The notes under the pieces were generated by a model. The model saw only the letters and a list, made by a program, of their open reading frames with translations, was not told the origin of the DNA and searched no databases. From assembly GCF_009914755.1 (NCBI RefSeq), contig NC_060932.1: 64,000 nt of DNA. One strand, written 5' to 3'. Position numbers and translations under genes: made by a program. Below are positions 13,663 to 27,949 of this stretch, in pieces. The first letter of the stretch is position 1, and each line of letters begins with the position of its first letter. The stretch comes from the human T2T-CHM13v2.0 reference genome, Homo sapiens.

Positions 13663-14099
13663 TTCACTTTCTAAGAGAAATGCTCTACAGAGACTCAATG
13701 TCCGTAGACCAAAGTCTACAGCGACTATAGCATGATCAATTTTCATTTATTTACTAATTTTTGTATTAATGGTGCTTTCTAAACCAAGGTTTTCAAAACA
13801 GGGATTAAGTGTGTTCTTGTTTTATCCCCTGGTTACAGCACTGTACATTGGAATTTTTTTTCAGTACGTATGTTCAAAGACTGACATATGCTCACCCTTG
13901 CCAAATTATGTACTGGGAAACATGAGTTCAGAAAAAAAGATGATGAGTTCTTCAGGAACAAAGGTTCAATTCTCTACGAGATTTAGGAAAGATATGGAGA
14001 ATCAAAACACTTATTTTATATAGGTAACCTATGAGAAGTCTTATAGGACAGGACTTTTAAATTTTGTTTAATACTTAAGCAAATATTTTGATCAACAAA

Positions 14100-14990
14100 T
14101 TTTACTTTTATTACTCACTCTTACAAATGATATTATTACATAATTGCTTTACAACAAACTACACATATTTGAGTTTTGCAATTTGGTAAGTTTTATCATA
14201 TTCATGCACCTGTGTGACTACAATCACCATCAGTATAATGAACATATCTATCACCCCCAAAGCTTTCTCCTGTATAATCCTGTATAATCAATCCCTTTTG
14301 TAATTAAAATTCCTCTCTCCCACCTGTTACCAGCCCCTATCTAGGCAACCACTGCTCTGCTGCTTTCACTATTGTAAAAATGAAACCAACTGATGAAGTG
14401 AGTGTCTGGGCATGATGCACTGAGAAGGACATATACATTCTCTCTGTTGTATTATTGACAAAAATATTTAACTGAATATAATTATGAGAAAAAATTAGAT
14501 AAAATTTAGAAGATGGGTAGTTCTACAAAATAGACATCCTGGACTTTCCAAAAATAGTAGTATATTGAAAGACCAAAAAAGATGAGAACACTATTTTAAA
14601 ACTATTTTAAAGAAGATTAAAGTTATATGGTAACCAGCTACCAAACAGGATAGTTGTTTGAATTTTGAAATAAAAAATATAAATAACAAATTTGAACAGT
14701 TAGTAACATTTGAATATGAGTTATCTTCTAGGCAGTATTATTGCTTCAGTGTAAAATTTCTTAGTATATGAGTGATTATGTGGAGAATATCCCTGCATCC
14801 CAGAGATGAGCTCTGAAATATTCAGGAATGAATGTCATGACATCAGAAAGTTTTTTTTCAAATCAAGAGGCAAATACAGTAAAATGTTAAAATTGACCGA
14901 TACAGATAAATTTTGGGGGGATATTTGTTGTATTATTAAATTGTCTATACATGGAGATATTTTAAAACAAAAAGTAATTAAAAAGCTGTT
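14100..14990. mobile_element. Old L1M (MB/MC/MD) 3' fragments: minus ~14100-14372, plus ~14373-14990
   Basis: aacatatctatcacccccaaag...ctaggcaaccactg (antisense L1M 3' UTR), then atgatgcactgagaaggaca (sense L1MC/MD 3' UTR). Confidence 0.6.
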
Positions 14991-16619
14991 ATTTATCAGT
15001 AGTCTTAGTTGAAAGCAACTGAGACCTAATCTAGCTAATTAAAACAGAAAATAATGTATTAGAAGTTATTGGGTAGTTCACAGAAGCTCTGAGAAGGCCA
15101 GATAGTTAGGTGTGGAACTTCACCACCAGAAACAATGCCAATGAGCTCATTTCATGAAGATAGCGTCACTGATTATCCTGGGAATAGACAGTGCTGCTGA
15201 CACCACATCTGAGCAAGGACAGAGCTGCTCAATCCACCACCCCTGTGCCCACGGGAAGAAGCTGCTCTTTTTTTTGCCAGAAAGGATTATGCAGAGTTTC
15301 CAGGTTCTGAGACAATGTCCAACTTACATCCAAATGATTAGCTAAGCTTTATCATAGGTTCCCAGGAGCCCAAGAAAGCAGAAATATGACTTCTTGCACA
15401 GTTAGAGGTGGTTTTTGCCTTGTGCTAAAACTCACAAAGTAAGGCGGTCAATTAAGCAAGAAAGGGAGTTGGCATGCTGGAGGGATGTCAAATGACAAAG
15501 GCCCAAATGACAATAACCTTCACCAGTAACTTCAGCGTGACCCTCAGGTAGCAGGAATCTGACTTATGGTATGATTTTTGGAAAGTAAACAATTAAACTG
15601 CTCTTTGAGGTTTCTACATGGTATAGGACAGCTAACCAGGACAAGAAGCAAAATAGGAATTGGGACCTGGGAGCTTTTCAATGAGTAGCGATTGATCTGC
15701 TTATTGGCCTGGAGACTGCCTCAGCCATGGATGATGAAAATAGACCTCAAATACCAAATAAAACTACAATACGCTATTGTACTAGGATTAGTGTTGGGAT
15801 TGAGAACACTCTCCTGATTCTGGTTGTATCTTCTCTGGATAGATGAGATGGACATTTTAGGACCAGGCTAATCTTCCAGGGTCTTTTATAGCTTCTTTGT
15901 GTTTACCATAGAATAAACTCCCTTACCTCCTCTCACTCAACAAGGAGCCATCAGCACCTCCTGGAGTATCTGTCAGTCTCATGAGGTCAGAGGCCATGTC
16001 TGTTTAAGGGTTCACCTTCACACAAAGCCTCATTGGCCTGGCAGCTACCATGGCTGAAGGAAGCGATTGCTCACCTGAAAGGGGTCAACATGGTGAAGCT
16101 TTTCCCACCCACTGCAGTGAGACTGGGCTTTTCCCTACAGGCTTTCCCCTTTCATGGCTTTGCAAATATCTCCTCTAATCCTGGTCTTTTAGGTATGTTT
16201 TCTATTATAATTGTAAGCTTTTTAATAAAGCAGGGTATTATGTCTTTTTCCTTTGCAACTCATGTTCCTCTACCATAGGAGGCACACAATAAACGTTTGT
16301 TGACAAAACACCACCAAGAAAAACAAAACCACACTGAAACAAAATGTTATCTTTAACATGATTTTTCCATTCTTGTTTAGAGTATAAAATGAATACAAAA
16401 TTTCCAGAGATTTCACCCAAAATTCTAGAGGTTGCATAATTCTAATAGATTGCTACTCTCATAAAGTCAGTTCAGCAAACTTTCTTGTTCAGCCCATTAT
16501 GAACAAAGCTGTTGTTGTAAATTGTATGTGCTTTATTTTATGTGTGAAAAACAATAAAGACTTATCTTTCAAGATTATAAACTTATTTGGAAAAATATAC
16601 TTGTCAAATACCATATTTA

Positions 16620-17050
16620 TACTCAGCTTTTAATTAATGTCAGAAACTGTTTTAATACATAGTACCACGCATTCATGTGACCCTCATAACAACCATATGA
16701 GTTGATACTTTTATATTAATACCTCAATTTACTGATGAGAAAAATGAAACACACAGACATACACAGCTAGTAATCTAAGAATTCTAGCATTAGAAGCCAG
16801 GCAGTCTGACATCAAACTGGAACAGGAAAAGAATATTAGAGAAAACTAAAGAAATCTGAGCAAAATATACATTTTAGTTGATAATAATGCATTGACATTG
16901 GTTCATTAGTTGTGCTAAATGTACCATGTGAGATGTTAGCAATTGGGGAAACTGGGTGTGGGGTATGTGAGAATTCTCCACGCTATCTTTACAACTTTTC
17001 TGCAAATCTAAACTCTGCTTAAGTAAAAAGTTTGCTCAAATAAAAAAAAA
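16620..17050. mobile_element. MIR (minus, ~16620-16810) plus L1M 3' end (plus, ~16815-17050)
   Basis: MIR core cctcataacaacc...actgatgagaaaaatgaaacac; L1M end ggggaaactgggtgtggggtatgtgagaattctc...caacttttctgcaaatctaaa plus A-tail. Confidence 0.7.
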
Positions 17051-18918
17051 GGAGAAAGCAATGAAAATAATAAACTTTCCAATAAAATTTATACAGGAAA
17101 CATTATTTGAACCTGCATTATATAAATGCATTGAAAAATCCTTAAAGTATACGTAGCTAAGAGTTTACCAGTGTTTAAGGAGGGGCTCCATATATTTCTA
17201 TATAATCTAACCATTTTATAATAAGAATTTTTTTTGTATTTCACATTTACTTTGGGCAATGCTTATAAGATGATAAAGGAGTTTCGAAATGCGTCATATT
17301 TAAAATTTATAGAGAGGAGTAAGAGAAAAACATTCTGGACAGCAACAACATTATAAGCAACAGGTCAAATTTACAATGTGACTTACTCAATATCTGGAAA
17401 ACATGTAGCTATGAATTCTCTTTTTTATGCCTATAATTTGGTCATGTTCTACTAATGAATTTCCACTCCCATCAACTTTTACCATAAATTCAAGCTGCCT
17501 CATATGAGGTCTATGTAATCGAAAATGCACCTGCTGTACTGAAATCCTGGGCAGGGTGGGGGACACGGCCATGGATATAATCAAGAAGCATCAGTCACCT
17601 TGGCCAATGGCAAGCAGCCTTGGATATGGAGTAAGTGTAAAAGCCCCTTCTGACAGATGTGTTTTTCAGATTCTTCATTTATATCTGGGAAGTCGCTGTA
17701 AAATTGGCATTTGAGCAATAACAAGACTTTGCAATTCTCTCTTTGGGATTGGAGATTCATGAATTATGCATGTCTATGCAGATTTTTCACCTGTGACAGC
17801 TGTAGTATGGGCAATTTCTCTAATATATTAAGAAAACCAGCCATGATACCAGTAACGGATGTAAATGAAATATTCCCATCAGTTAAGTCAGTTTATTTAA
17901 CTATTTCACAACAGCATGTGTGGTGAGAGAATGCCGAGCATGGAAATCCGTTATTGATGAGAATCTTACAAATAGCAGCCCCTGATCATGAGGTTCTCAG
18001 TTAAAAGATGGACAGGTTGTTGCTTGCTTACTGCTTCATTTATGTATTGTTTTCTGCTGAACCATACCACCTGAGCTGTGGCACATCCCATGTGAGAAAC
18101 CAGCTGGTTAGCTCTGCAGAGCATTTCTCTGAGAGATCAGACAGATGTCAAAAAGGGATAAAAAAATTATCTGTAACCAGCACCCCCTCTGAATGCATTG
18201 GCAGGCAAGGGGTTATAACTTGATGTGTTTTGGATTTCAGGCATTTGGGTCTCCTAATTCCTCGTATTGAGGCTCCTCATTCTCTGTCATCACTTTTATC
18301 TGGCAAAGTCCTAAGTAAATTACATTTAGGGAAATTAGATATTGCTTTTGGTACCCTAGTGAACTATGCAGGCTAAAGATTAAGAAAAAATTTTCACAGT
18401 AAGAGAACTCTGGACTGGGAAAATAGGAATCTCATTTCTTGCCATGACTGTGGAATTGACCAGCCACATGCCTCCCGAGGGAAGTCACTTGACTTTGCTG
18501 TGTCCCACTTGCCTTATCTAAATGTAAAGCAATAGGACTTAGTTATATTCCAATAATGAAATGCGCCAAGCCTTTCCTCTGACTATTTACCAAAGAAATG
18601 TTGACTTCCAAGACTGAAACAATTTGAAATGCACTCTGCTTAAATGTTTGCTGCTCTTCATTTCAAATAGCTATACTCTGCAGTCCACAGGGATGATAAC
18701 AATGCCTCATCTTTATAGTCTGTTTCTCTTCCCTCAGGTTGTCCCCTTATTATTCCATGTGCTGTATCAGATCACACCACCAACAGACCTGAAGACATAG
18801 CCAGTGTCCTCATCATTTTTCACACAAAAAAAGAAATCCAAATACAGAAGGAACCACATCATGTGCTGCATTGCGGCTTCTTCTCCCTGCTCTCTCCTTC
18901 TCTCTACTTGGTATACGT

Positions 18919-19195
18919 CAGTGTGATTGCCCTTAGTGTCTTTTTGTCCTAAACCAAGAGGGCACCATCTGACTCTCCCATTGTGCAGTGGGCGTATCCT
19001 TAATGTCTGCTTGTCCTAACCCAAGCGTGCACCATTTGACCTTCCTGCTGTGCAGTGTGCATGTCCTTCATGCCTGATTGTCCTAACCCAAGAGGGCACC
19101 ATCTGACCCTCCCACTGTGGACTGTGCTTATCCTTCATGTCTGCTTGTCCTAACCCAAGAGTGAACCATCTGACCCTCCCACTGTGCAGTGTGGT
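18919..19195. repeat. 67-bp tandem minisatellite, ~4 copies
   Basis: Unit starts (ttgtcctaa[a/c]ccaag) at 18944, 19011, 19078 and 19145, exactly 67 bp apart. Confidence 0.95.
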
Positions 19196-19336
19196 CTGTC
19201 TGTCCCACCCCTCTACCACATCTCTCATGGGTAGAGAAGCATCTTGCCTTTCTATCCCTTCTGTAATGGTTAGGCAAAGCAACAACGGCAACAACAACAG
19301 TGACAAACAACAACGAAGGTCCTCTGTCTTGGTTCA

Positions 19337-19786
<450 letters not shown>

Positions 19787-20049
19787 TTAGTATGCAGGGT
19801 GAGAAATAAAATCTTACTTTTCTTTAAATAAACATGAAGGCAAAATGCAGAACATGATGATATTTGCCATGAATCTTTGAGGAGAAACCAGGGTAAGGTT
19901 AATGAGAATCTCCAACTAATTTATGCACTTCTTAAGAGCAGGAATCATGTTTTTATTTTAATTATCTCTCCACTGCCATAGGCAGTTCCTGAAACAAAGT
20001 TGAAAGTGCACATAGACAAAAACATGTTTGTTTAATGAGTGACACAGAT

Positions 20050-21602
20050 TATCGGACCCCCCCATAAGACCCTGTGAGGGAGAAAGGGCAGATGCCCCTC
20101 TTTCATAGTTGAGAAAACGAAAGTACAGAGGGTAGAGTGACTTGCCCACTGTCATGCACTGACATTTGGCAGAGACGTGTTGCTTTGTTACCATCTAAGA
20201 CCCCAGTTGGCGTCTCTCATGTATGGTGGATTGAGTTGACTATCTTACATTGCCTAGATAGAACTCCCTTTATAGATAATGAGCCTTTCTTTCAGTCTTG
20301 GAAAAACCACAACTGAGGGCCACCTGCTATGAGTGTCATAGACAAACTTCAGAAGCCACTTGTTGTGGTTATAAGGGAAATTGAAACATGTAACTAATGT
20401 GGGTGTGGCAAATGATTTCAAAGTGAGAATTAATAAACTGGAGTGAGAAACTTGGCTATTGACCACGCAGAAGCTGCTATCTAGTGGAGTACTCACCAGC
20501 CATGCTGCTTGTGATAAAATGCAGTTTTTCTACATGCTCCTGTGACAGTATATTAAAGAGGCCTGAGATACCATTATTAACATGTAAAAGGATACCAGAT
20601 ATTTCCCTAAGAACCTGCACTGATATCCTAGCATGGACCCTTAATAGCCCTTTGATCTGCTCAAGTCATAGGACCTTTCCCAGGACAAGCTCCTCACCTG
20701 TGATTTAAGGAAAGTGAGAAATGGCATTTGATAAGAGGCTAGGTACATAGAAGATAAGTTTACAGTCCACTCTCAGATGAGATAAAATAAAACACATATA
20801 TAGCATTTGTTTGATATTTGCCATGAATCTTTGTTTAATACCAGCTACCATTTGTTTAATACCTGGTACCCTTGTCAATGCTTAATGAATATGAACTCAC
20901 CTAATTCGCTAAACTCATTAGAGAATAAAATAATTCCCATTGTAGTCATGTGGGATATGAGAAACAGAAAGTAATTTGTCCAAAGTTCCATGGCTGTAAG
21001 TGGCAAAGCCAGGATATAATCCCAAATCAAATAGAGATGACTCTAAAACAAAGAAATTAAAAAAAAACAGGCTTTGTACTGCATTTCTACTTTTCTGAAA
21101 TTGGATGAAAGAAATAGACGAGGTCTTAGTAGTTTGCTGGATTCTGACTTATTCTGTGAGAGAGCTACCTTGGGTGCAACTAAATCTCTATGACCTGTGG
21201 TTTTGGTGATGAGACGAAGGTGAGCCCATAGGCCTGACTTGTTTCCACTTGGCATCTCTCATGTATGGTGGATTGAGTTGACTCTTACATTCCCTGGATA
21301 GAACACACCCCACCCTTGATAGAACACTCCGGCACAGAGAGCAGTGTAGCATAGCAGCTAAGAGCAGAGGCTCCAGTTGGGTTCCACTACTCCCAACTCT
21401 TCTGTTTCTAGGAGTGTAACTTTGTGCAAACCAATTAACTTCACTCCAACTCAGCTTCCTCATATTCAAATGGCTGTGAAAATGTGCAACCCTTCCGGCC
21501 CATTGTGAAGACTAAATTACATACATATATATGTATGCATACATGTACATGTATATATACAATAAATTCTAAAATATACTCTAAAACATAATTTAAAACT
21601 AT

Positions 21603-21640
<38 letters not shown>

Positions 21641-21930
21641 GGGCTTAGTAAATGATATATATATATAAGTACTAGCTATTATCATTATATTTTTGCTTAA
21701 ATATAGCAGAATTCATTCTGAATATAAGTAAAAACTAATACATGGAAATAGGTTTAGATTTTTAATAAACATAATGAAAACTTAGAGTCCAATAACTTGG
21801 TTTTGTAATTATGCTTGCCAGTTTATTATATGTAAGACTATGGATAAGTTACTTAAACTTTCTGAGTCCTGATTTCCTTCATTGTAAAATATAGATAATT
21901 ATATGTACCTTTAAGATTTTCTATAAGGAA
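20050..21930. mobile_element. Cluster of MIR fragments (~20050-20190 minus, ~20845-21030 minus, ~21335-21530 plus, ~21770-21930 plus) and (TG)n at 21605-21637
   Basis: MIR core motifs such as gagtgacttgcccact, taatttgtccaaagtt, ataagttacttaaactttctgagtcctgatttcc. Confidence 0.7.
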
Positions 21931-23691
21931 ATCCTTTTCTGGCACAGTCTAGATGATCAAGGAAATTGAGATCTTTCTCCTTCTGCAGAAACATAGGCAG
22001 GACACTCCTCCCCACTCTTCTGTAGATTGCTGGTTTGTAAAAGGCATATGATGATCAAATATATCCCTATGATATTGACAGGTAAGTTCAATTAAGGAAC
22101 AAGCAGAGGATTTGAAAAATAGCTATCCCATAGAATCAGTTAGAGTACACTCCACTGGATATTAGTCACTGCCAGTTTCTCCAAATGACTATTACACTTG
22201 CAGAATATGGGCTCTTAATCATCAAAAACAATATATATCTGCTAATTTACACTCCACGTCTTAAAATGCTTAGACTCCACAACTACTGTGGCAGGCAGAA
22301 AAGGTTCATAACAATAAAAAGGATTCCTAAAGATGTGCAATTAGTATTCACATGATACTGAAATAAAACCCTCGATTGATGACTATAAAAACAAACAAAA
22401 ACAAACAAACAAACAAACAAAAAATACATCAACGTCCTACAAGTTATGACACCCACCTGAGTAAATTCCATGAAATCATGCACCACCTTTTAGGTTCACT
22501 TGTAAGACTGTCAGTCTCCTTTCAAGCCTGAACCATGTTGCATAATTGCCATTCCTTCAGCTTTGGTCATTCCTGAGTTAACTGCCTTGAGATACATAAA
22601 TTGTACTTCATTCTTCTTTCCTACATAATATCAGCCTCCCTTGTCATGGGCAAATTACTCTGGAGCCAGATGGATCTTTTTAAAATGTAAATCTCACCAT
22701 GCCACATCATTACCTTGTTTATGACTTCTCTGCCTTTAGAATAAAGTTTGAAAAATACTCTATTAGGTGTGTTTGTCCTGCCAGGATCTAGCCCCTGAGT
22801 CCCATAATTTTAAATTACTAGGTTTGAGTTCCTCTACATCCCCTCACTCCCAAAACTTTCCACACCCCACACTTCTGTTCATCCTTCCAGTTAAAATTCA
22901 ATATTCTTCGGTTCTTTGGTCAGGAAGGCCTTAATCTGATTATTCACATTTGATGTTAAGTCCCCTTATGTAACATTCACCCCACTTCAATTTTCCTTTT
23001 TTATTGTTTCTTCTTGAAACTTAGCCCACTGTCTTTATTTGTGTGAATGTCCATTAAGACCATAAACTGCATGAGGTTGAAAACGAATATTCTCGTTCAC
23101 TGCAATAGTCTTTGCATGTAAGGTAGAGTCTAGTACTTAGCATGTTCAATCAAATATATGTTGAATTATATTAAAATATGAATATACCCCTTAGCTCATT
23201 AATCATGCTCTGTGATTATTATTATCATTATTTTTATTAGTAGTGGTTCTAATATTAAACTTTCTTTTTTAGCCGTATGACACGTATTAACACTGGATAC
23301 TGAAAGAGGGACTTTCTTCCTTTTCATTTCATCTCATGTTTACCTAAGTTCCCTGTATCTGAAGTCCTTTCTAAAGTACTGTGACTTTCATCTTGATGGA
23401 ATAATGCATTATTTCCCTGTACTCAAGGACGCGTGGATGCATTTTCTTCCCACTCTAGTCTAACTTGTTTTAACAACTCCTATTAAACACTTCTTATAAG
23501 GAAAATGCATCCCTATAAAAATTATTTTAAGGCTTTTTGTTGTTGTTGTTTTTCAGGGTTTATTTCCATGTGGTATGCAAATAATGCAGCTGTGGTTCTG
23601 AAATACTTTCCATAAAGGAAAAAAAAAAGAAAATCTATTAAAATAGAATGGAGATAACACCAAATACCAATTTTATACTTTTTTTTTTTTT

Positions 23692-23769
23692 ACAAATTAC
23701 ATTGAGTATCACTAAAATCATATGAAATGAACAAATTACATTGAGTATCACCAAAATCATATGAAATGA
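23692..23769. repeat. 39-bp direct tandem duplication (1 mismatch)
   Basis: acaaattacattgagtatcac[t/c]aaaatcatatgaaatga x2. Confidence 0.95.
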
Positions 23770-24099
23770 AACTTTCCCATATGGGTTAGTTTGTTTCCAG
23801 CTAAATGCTACAATTAAAAGTGGCTGCCTTGCCACTGGATGTTCATGTGGCCAAACCACAAAGCTACCTCTCAAGAAGGAATCATTGTTGGTGAGCAGAA
23901 GTGTCCTATCCACTGTCCTCTTCTCTATGACAGCCTCAGAACCAGAAGCCCTTTCCCCATGTCAAGGACATGCCCTGGTTTTTGCTCCCCCTTTTTCTTT
24001 TCTCATAAACTTGGGATTGGTAAAAGAAGATAAATCTCTTTCAGAAGATGACAATAAGAGTTCTTCTACCTTCTTATTTTCTTTCTTCTTCTGTAAAAG

Positions 24100-24640
24100 A
24101 AGTGTTGGAGAAGAATAATCCACATACATTTTTAGCTGGAAGGATCCCCATTACAAAAGACAGGTTAACAAGAAAAAATCAAACAAAAGTTCACTAACAT
24201 GTACATTTCACATATACATGGAGGACACCCAGAGAATGAGTAGTCCTCAAAGAGGTAACTTTGAATTCAAGTTTATATGGCATCGTTAACAAAGAACAAT
24301 ATATTTTTAGAGAAGTGACAAGATAAAGGAAAAGAACTTTGAGTCTCTAGTGGCAACAAATTGAGAGAAGGCAGATAACTGGCAGATAAAGGCTGGTTAG
24401 TGAAGCTTGTTAACATAGATACCTCTGGTCCCATTGCCAGGTGTATGAGGATTCAAAGTTGTCTTCAGTAGTTATCTTTGTTTCCCCTGACAGAGGAGGG
24501 GTGGATCTCTTTTGTCTTTGTAAATCTAAGTTCTGCTTTTAGGCAAATAGAGGGAGGGCAGAGAGCTTTCTTGTGTCTTCTTAATTGTCCTCAGCTCATC
24601 AACACTTCATATTTTGGGAAGGCATATTCTGGTCTCTCCA
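24100..24640 (-). mobile_element. ERV1 solo LTR (MER31-like)
   Basis: aaaagacaggttaacaagaaaaaa...tttagagaagtgacaag...catattttgggaaggcatattctg resembles antisense MER31-group LTRs. Confidence 0.6.
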
Positions 24641-26109
24641 AGAAGATAAATATGATTTTCCTTAGATCTTTCCATGGCCCCTCCTTTCTCAACTTTCAGG
24701 TTCCAGCTTGATCAATGTCATTTCCTCTAAATGAAACTTCCTTGACCAACCTACTTTACTCTGATTTAGTGTCTTCATGGACTTATGTCTGGTTCCCTCA
24801 CTATGTGAACTATGAATATATGAACTACGGGGACACTTAATCCAACTTTTTCAATGCCAAATTTTTATCTATGACAGTGGCAGGCACACAATGACAGTCA
24901 GAAACATATTTGTGGAAGACAAAGGAAGGAAGGAAGGAAGGAATAGGGGAGGGAAAGAAGGAACATTTAACTAGCAAAATTTTAACCTGGGGATGACTTA
25001 AACTAGGATAACATCTAAAGAGCTAAAAATATGCTGGGGAAGGGGTGAGGGAAGGATCTCTTACGGCTAGTTTTTAATCTAGGCTCATAAAGGGATGACA
25101 AACGGAATCTTTTAAGTTCCCTATTTAGTCTTGTTCTCCAGAAGAGAAACATGAACTTCAGAGAAGGCTTAATCCCCGGGAATACAGTGTAGTTATTTGG
25201 CTGGAGTGATCATGTGCTGGCTTTGAAATGTGGGTTTGATTTACTTTCCAACACAGCGTGCAAAACTCGCTAATAGACAAGACCACCACCAACAAATGAT
25301 ACTCCCTTGCAAGAAAGAGACTAGAAAAAGGTCTAGGAGAAAGAAAAGGGAAGCCTTGGGCTTAGGGCTCTGTTAACCTTTAAAGGAAAGGCCTTAAAAG
25401 GTTATCATAGTTTCTGCATAATGGAGTTTTCAACAATTTAGGAACATAAAAAGAAATTCAGGGCAAAATCTTCAGGCTGCTAAGTGTTACAGATGCAGGT
25501 ACAACTCAGGCAAATATACTTTTAATAAATAAATAAATGCTAAAATATGCTCTAAAAACATAAGTTAAACAACAGTAATCAAATTTATATATAGTCACAT
25601 AGTAATTATCTCCCTAAAGCATTCTCACAGGAGCATTCCTTTCTTTGAAGCCATTGTCTTGCTTAAGAGCTACTATTCCTCCTGCTGGTGAAAAGATTTA
25701 ATTCCTCAAGGATCCTGCCACACCAAATGTTTGATTGTATGAGAACAATTTCTAAAGAGCATAATCCTGCTTGACAACAACAAACTTTGTGGAAAGCAGA
25801 CAAGCTCTGGGAATCCCCCGGGTGTTTCCTCAGTGCACAATGTATTTTAGTCAACTCAAACCAGGTGTATACACTCTTCCTTCCTGCTCACATACCAGGC
25901 ATCTGTTATTCTGCTAGTTCCTATCAAGGATAATAGAAACAACTTCTTTCTCCTAACATCAGTGAGAGGTCAATGCTTTTTTTTTTTTTTTGAAGTGCTA
26001 GATGTCTGGAGGCTAACATCCTCCAGTCCTTGCAGAGGGGATACATCAGTCAGGAGAGGTAGGCTGTTACAAAATAGCACAGGGCACCAACCTAATAGTC
26101 TAACGCAAC

Positions 26110-26477
26110 TATATTAGTCTGTTTTCATGCTGCTAATAAAGACATACCTGAGACTGGGTAATTTATAAAAGAAAGAGGTTTAATTGACTCAGAGTTTCAC
26201 GTGGCTGGGGAGGCCTCACAATCACTGCGGAAGGCAAACGAGGAGCAAAGTAACTAACGTCTTGCATGGCAGCAAGGAAGAGAGTGCGTGCAGGGGAACT
26301 CCCTTTTACAAAACAATCGGATCTCATGAAACTTATTCAGTTTCGTGAGAACAGCATGGGCAAGACCTGCCCCCATGATTCAATTAGCTCCCATGGGGTC
26401 CCTCCCATGACATGTGGGAATTATGGGAAGTACAATTCAAGGTGAGATTTGGATGGGGACACAGCCAAACCATATCA
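26110..26477 (-). mobile_element. THE1B/C solo LTR nested in an older MLT1 LTR (~26040-26820)
   Basis: tatattagtctgttttcatgctgctaataaagacatacc...ggggacacagccaaaccatatca; 5-bp TSD gcaac/acaac; the flanks rejoin as MLT1. Confidence 0.92.
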
Positions 26478-27949
26478 ACAACAAAAGCTTATTTATTGTG
26501 CTAACAATGTCTGCAGCATGTTCTGTCAACTTGCAATCAAGCTTCCTGATTATCCTGGCTCTGTGAGAGTGGATGCTTCAAACTTGTGGCTTTTCAATCC
26601 CAACCATCCTTTCATAATTGCTGTATCACGAAAAAGAAACATGAAGAATTGAGCACCAGCTTTTCAATGTTTCAGCTTGGAAATGGCACCCATTACTTCC
26701 TGATATCATCAATTGCTGGGAACTGTTTACATGGAACCCCGTTAAGGAAAGGGGATGAGAAAGGTAGTCTTCCATGCATCTTGGAAATATTAGACACACC
26801 AAGATTGTCTACCACAGATTGCTAATAGGACTTTTAGTCCTTTTCTCAATCTTTCAGCAGATTTTTTGTCTTACAATTCAATACTTTCTTCTGCACTCCA
26901 ACTCTGTATAACTGCACCCATCATATGGAGTGATGGTGGTTGGAAGTAGAAGGTGGAGACAAGAAAATTGAAAGAAGAAGGAAAGTTCAATAAGCTAAAT
27001 CATAATGTCAGGAAAAGAACAATTTAGATATATCGTCCTGTGAAATTGGTAAGTAAGAGTATCTATCATATACATAAAAAGCATTCATAAAATTAGTTAC
27101 AATGACTAGGGAGGATTAGATGCCAGAGCCTCTGCTATGCATTTTATGTAAGTTGACTCCACCTTCCATCACTCCCCTCCATGTAATCCCTAAAGTCATA
27201 GAGTTAGAGCACAGGAGGGTTTGATTGTAGCTCTGACTGGCTTCAAACCACATCCTCTTTCTACCACACACTATTAAGCAGTGACTATTTAATTAATGTT
27301 CGCTCGTCTGAACTGCAGAGAGATGAATAAATGCAAAGAAAGCCCTGGGTGAATTGAGGGAGAAAGTTCTGAAATCTGAGAGGATGTAGGTGGTTGCTTG
27401 CAAGCACTTCTTTAGGTGTTTCAATGTCAAAAATTCAATGAGAAATAATTATATTCATTTCCTAAAGACCATTGAATGCTTATGATAAAAAGATAAGGGG
27501 TTTAACAAATGTTAGTGGAGCTCCCTGAGACATTCAAAGAAGTTTAAAATGTAGTTCCCTCTTTCATTTTCATGGCCAGAAATGTTAAGTACTTTATTAG
27601 CATTTTACTTAATTAGTAACTCTGAAATAAAAGGGAAGATCAAGTATGAAACTATCTAAAAACAGAAACACTATCTCCAGCCTACTCACTCCAATATCTT
27701 CTGGGAAATAACCAAAGATTGCAGAGAGCTCATTGTTGATATTTTAGCACTAGCCATCTTTCACATTTAAAAGGTGATTTCACTACTATTTAATTTTAGA
27801 TATTTGAAAAGTTATGCTGGCCTTGCAATGAACTTAAATCCATCCACATCACCTCAGGGGAAGATAAATTTCATTGCTTAAGTATTCATAATAAAATAAT
27901 TATAAGGGAAAATGAGAGCTGTATCTCAATGTTATGCTCCACTACTTGA

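Noticed and set aside
18919-19195. CRISPR-like array
   Set aside because: The whole 67-bp unit repeats with no unique spacers, the context is eukaryotic and there are no cas genes.
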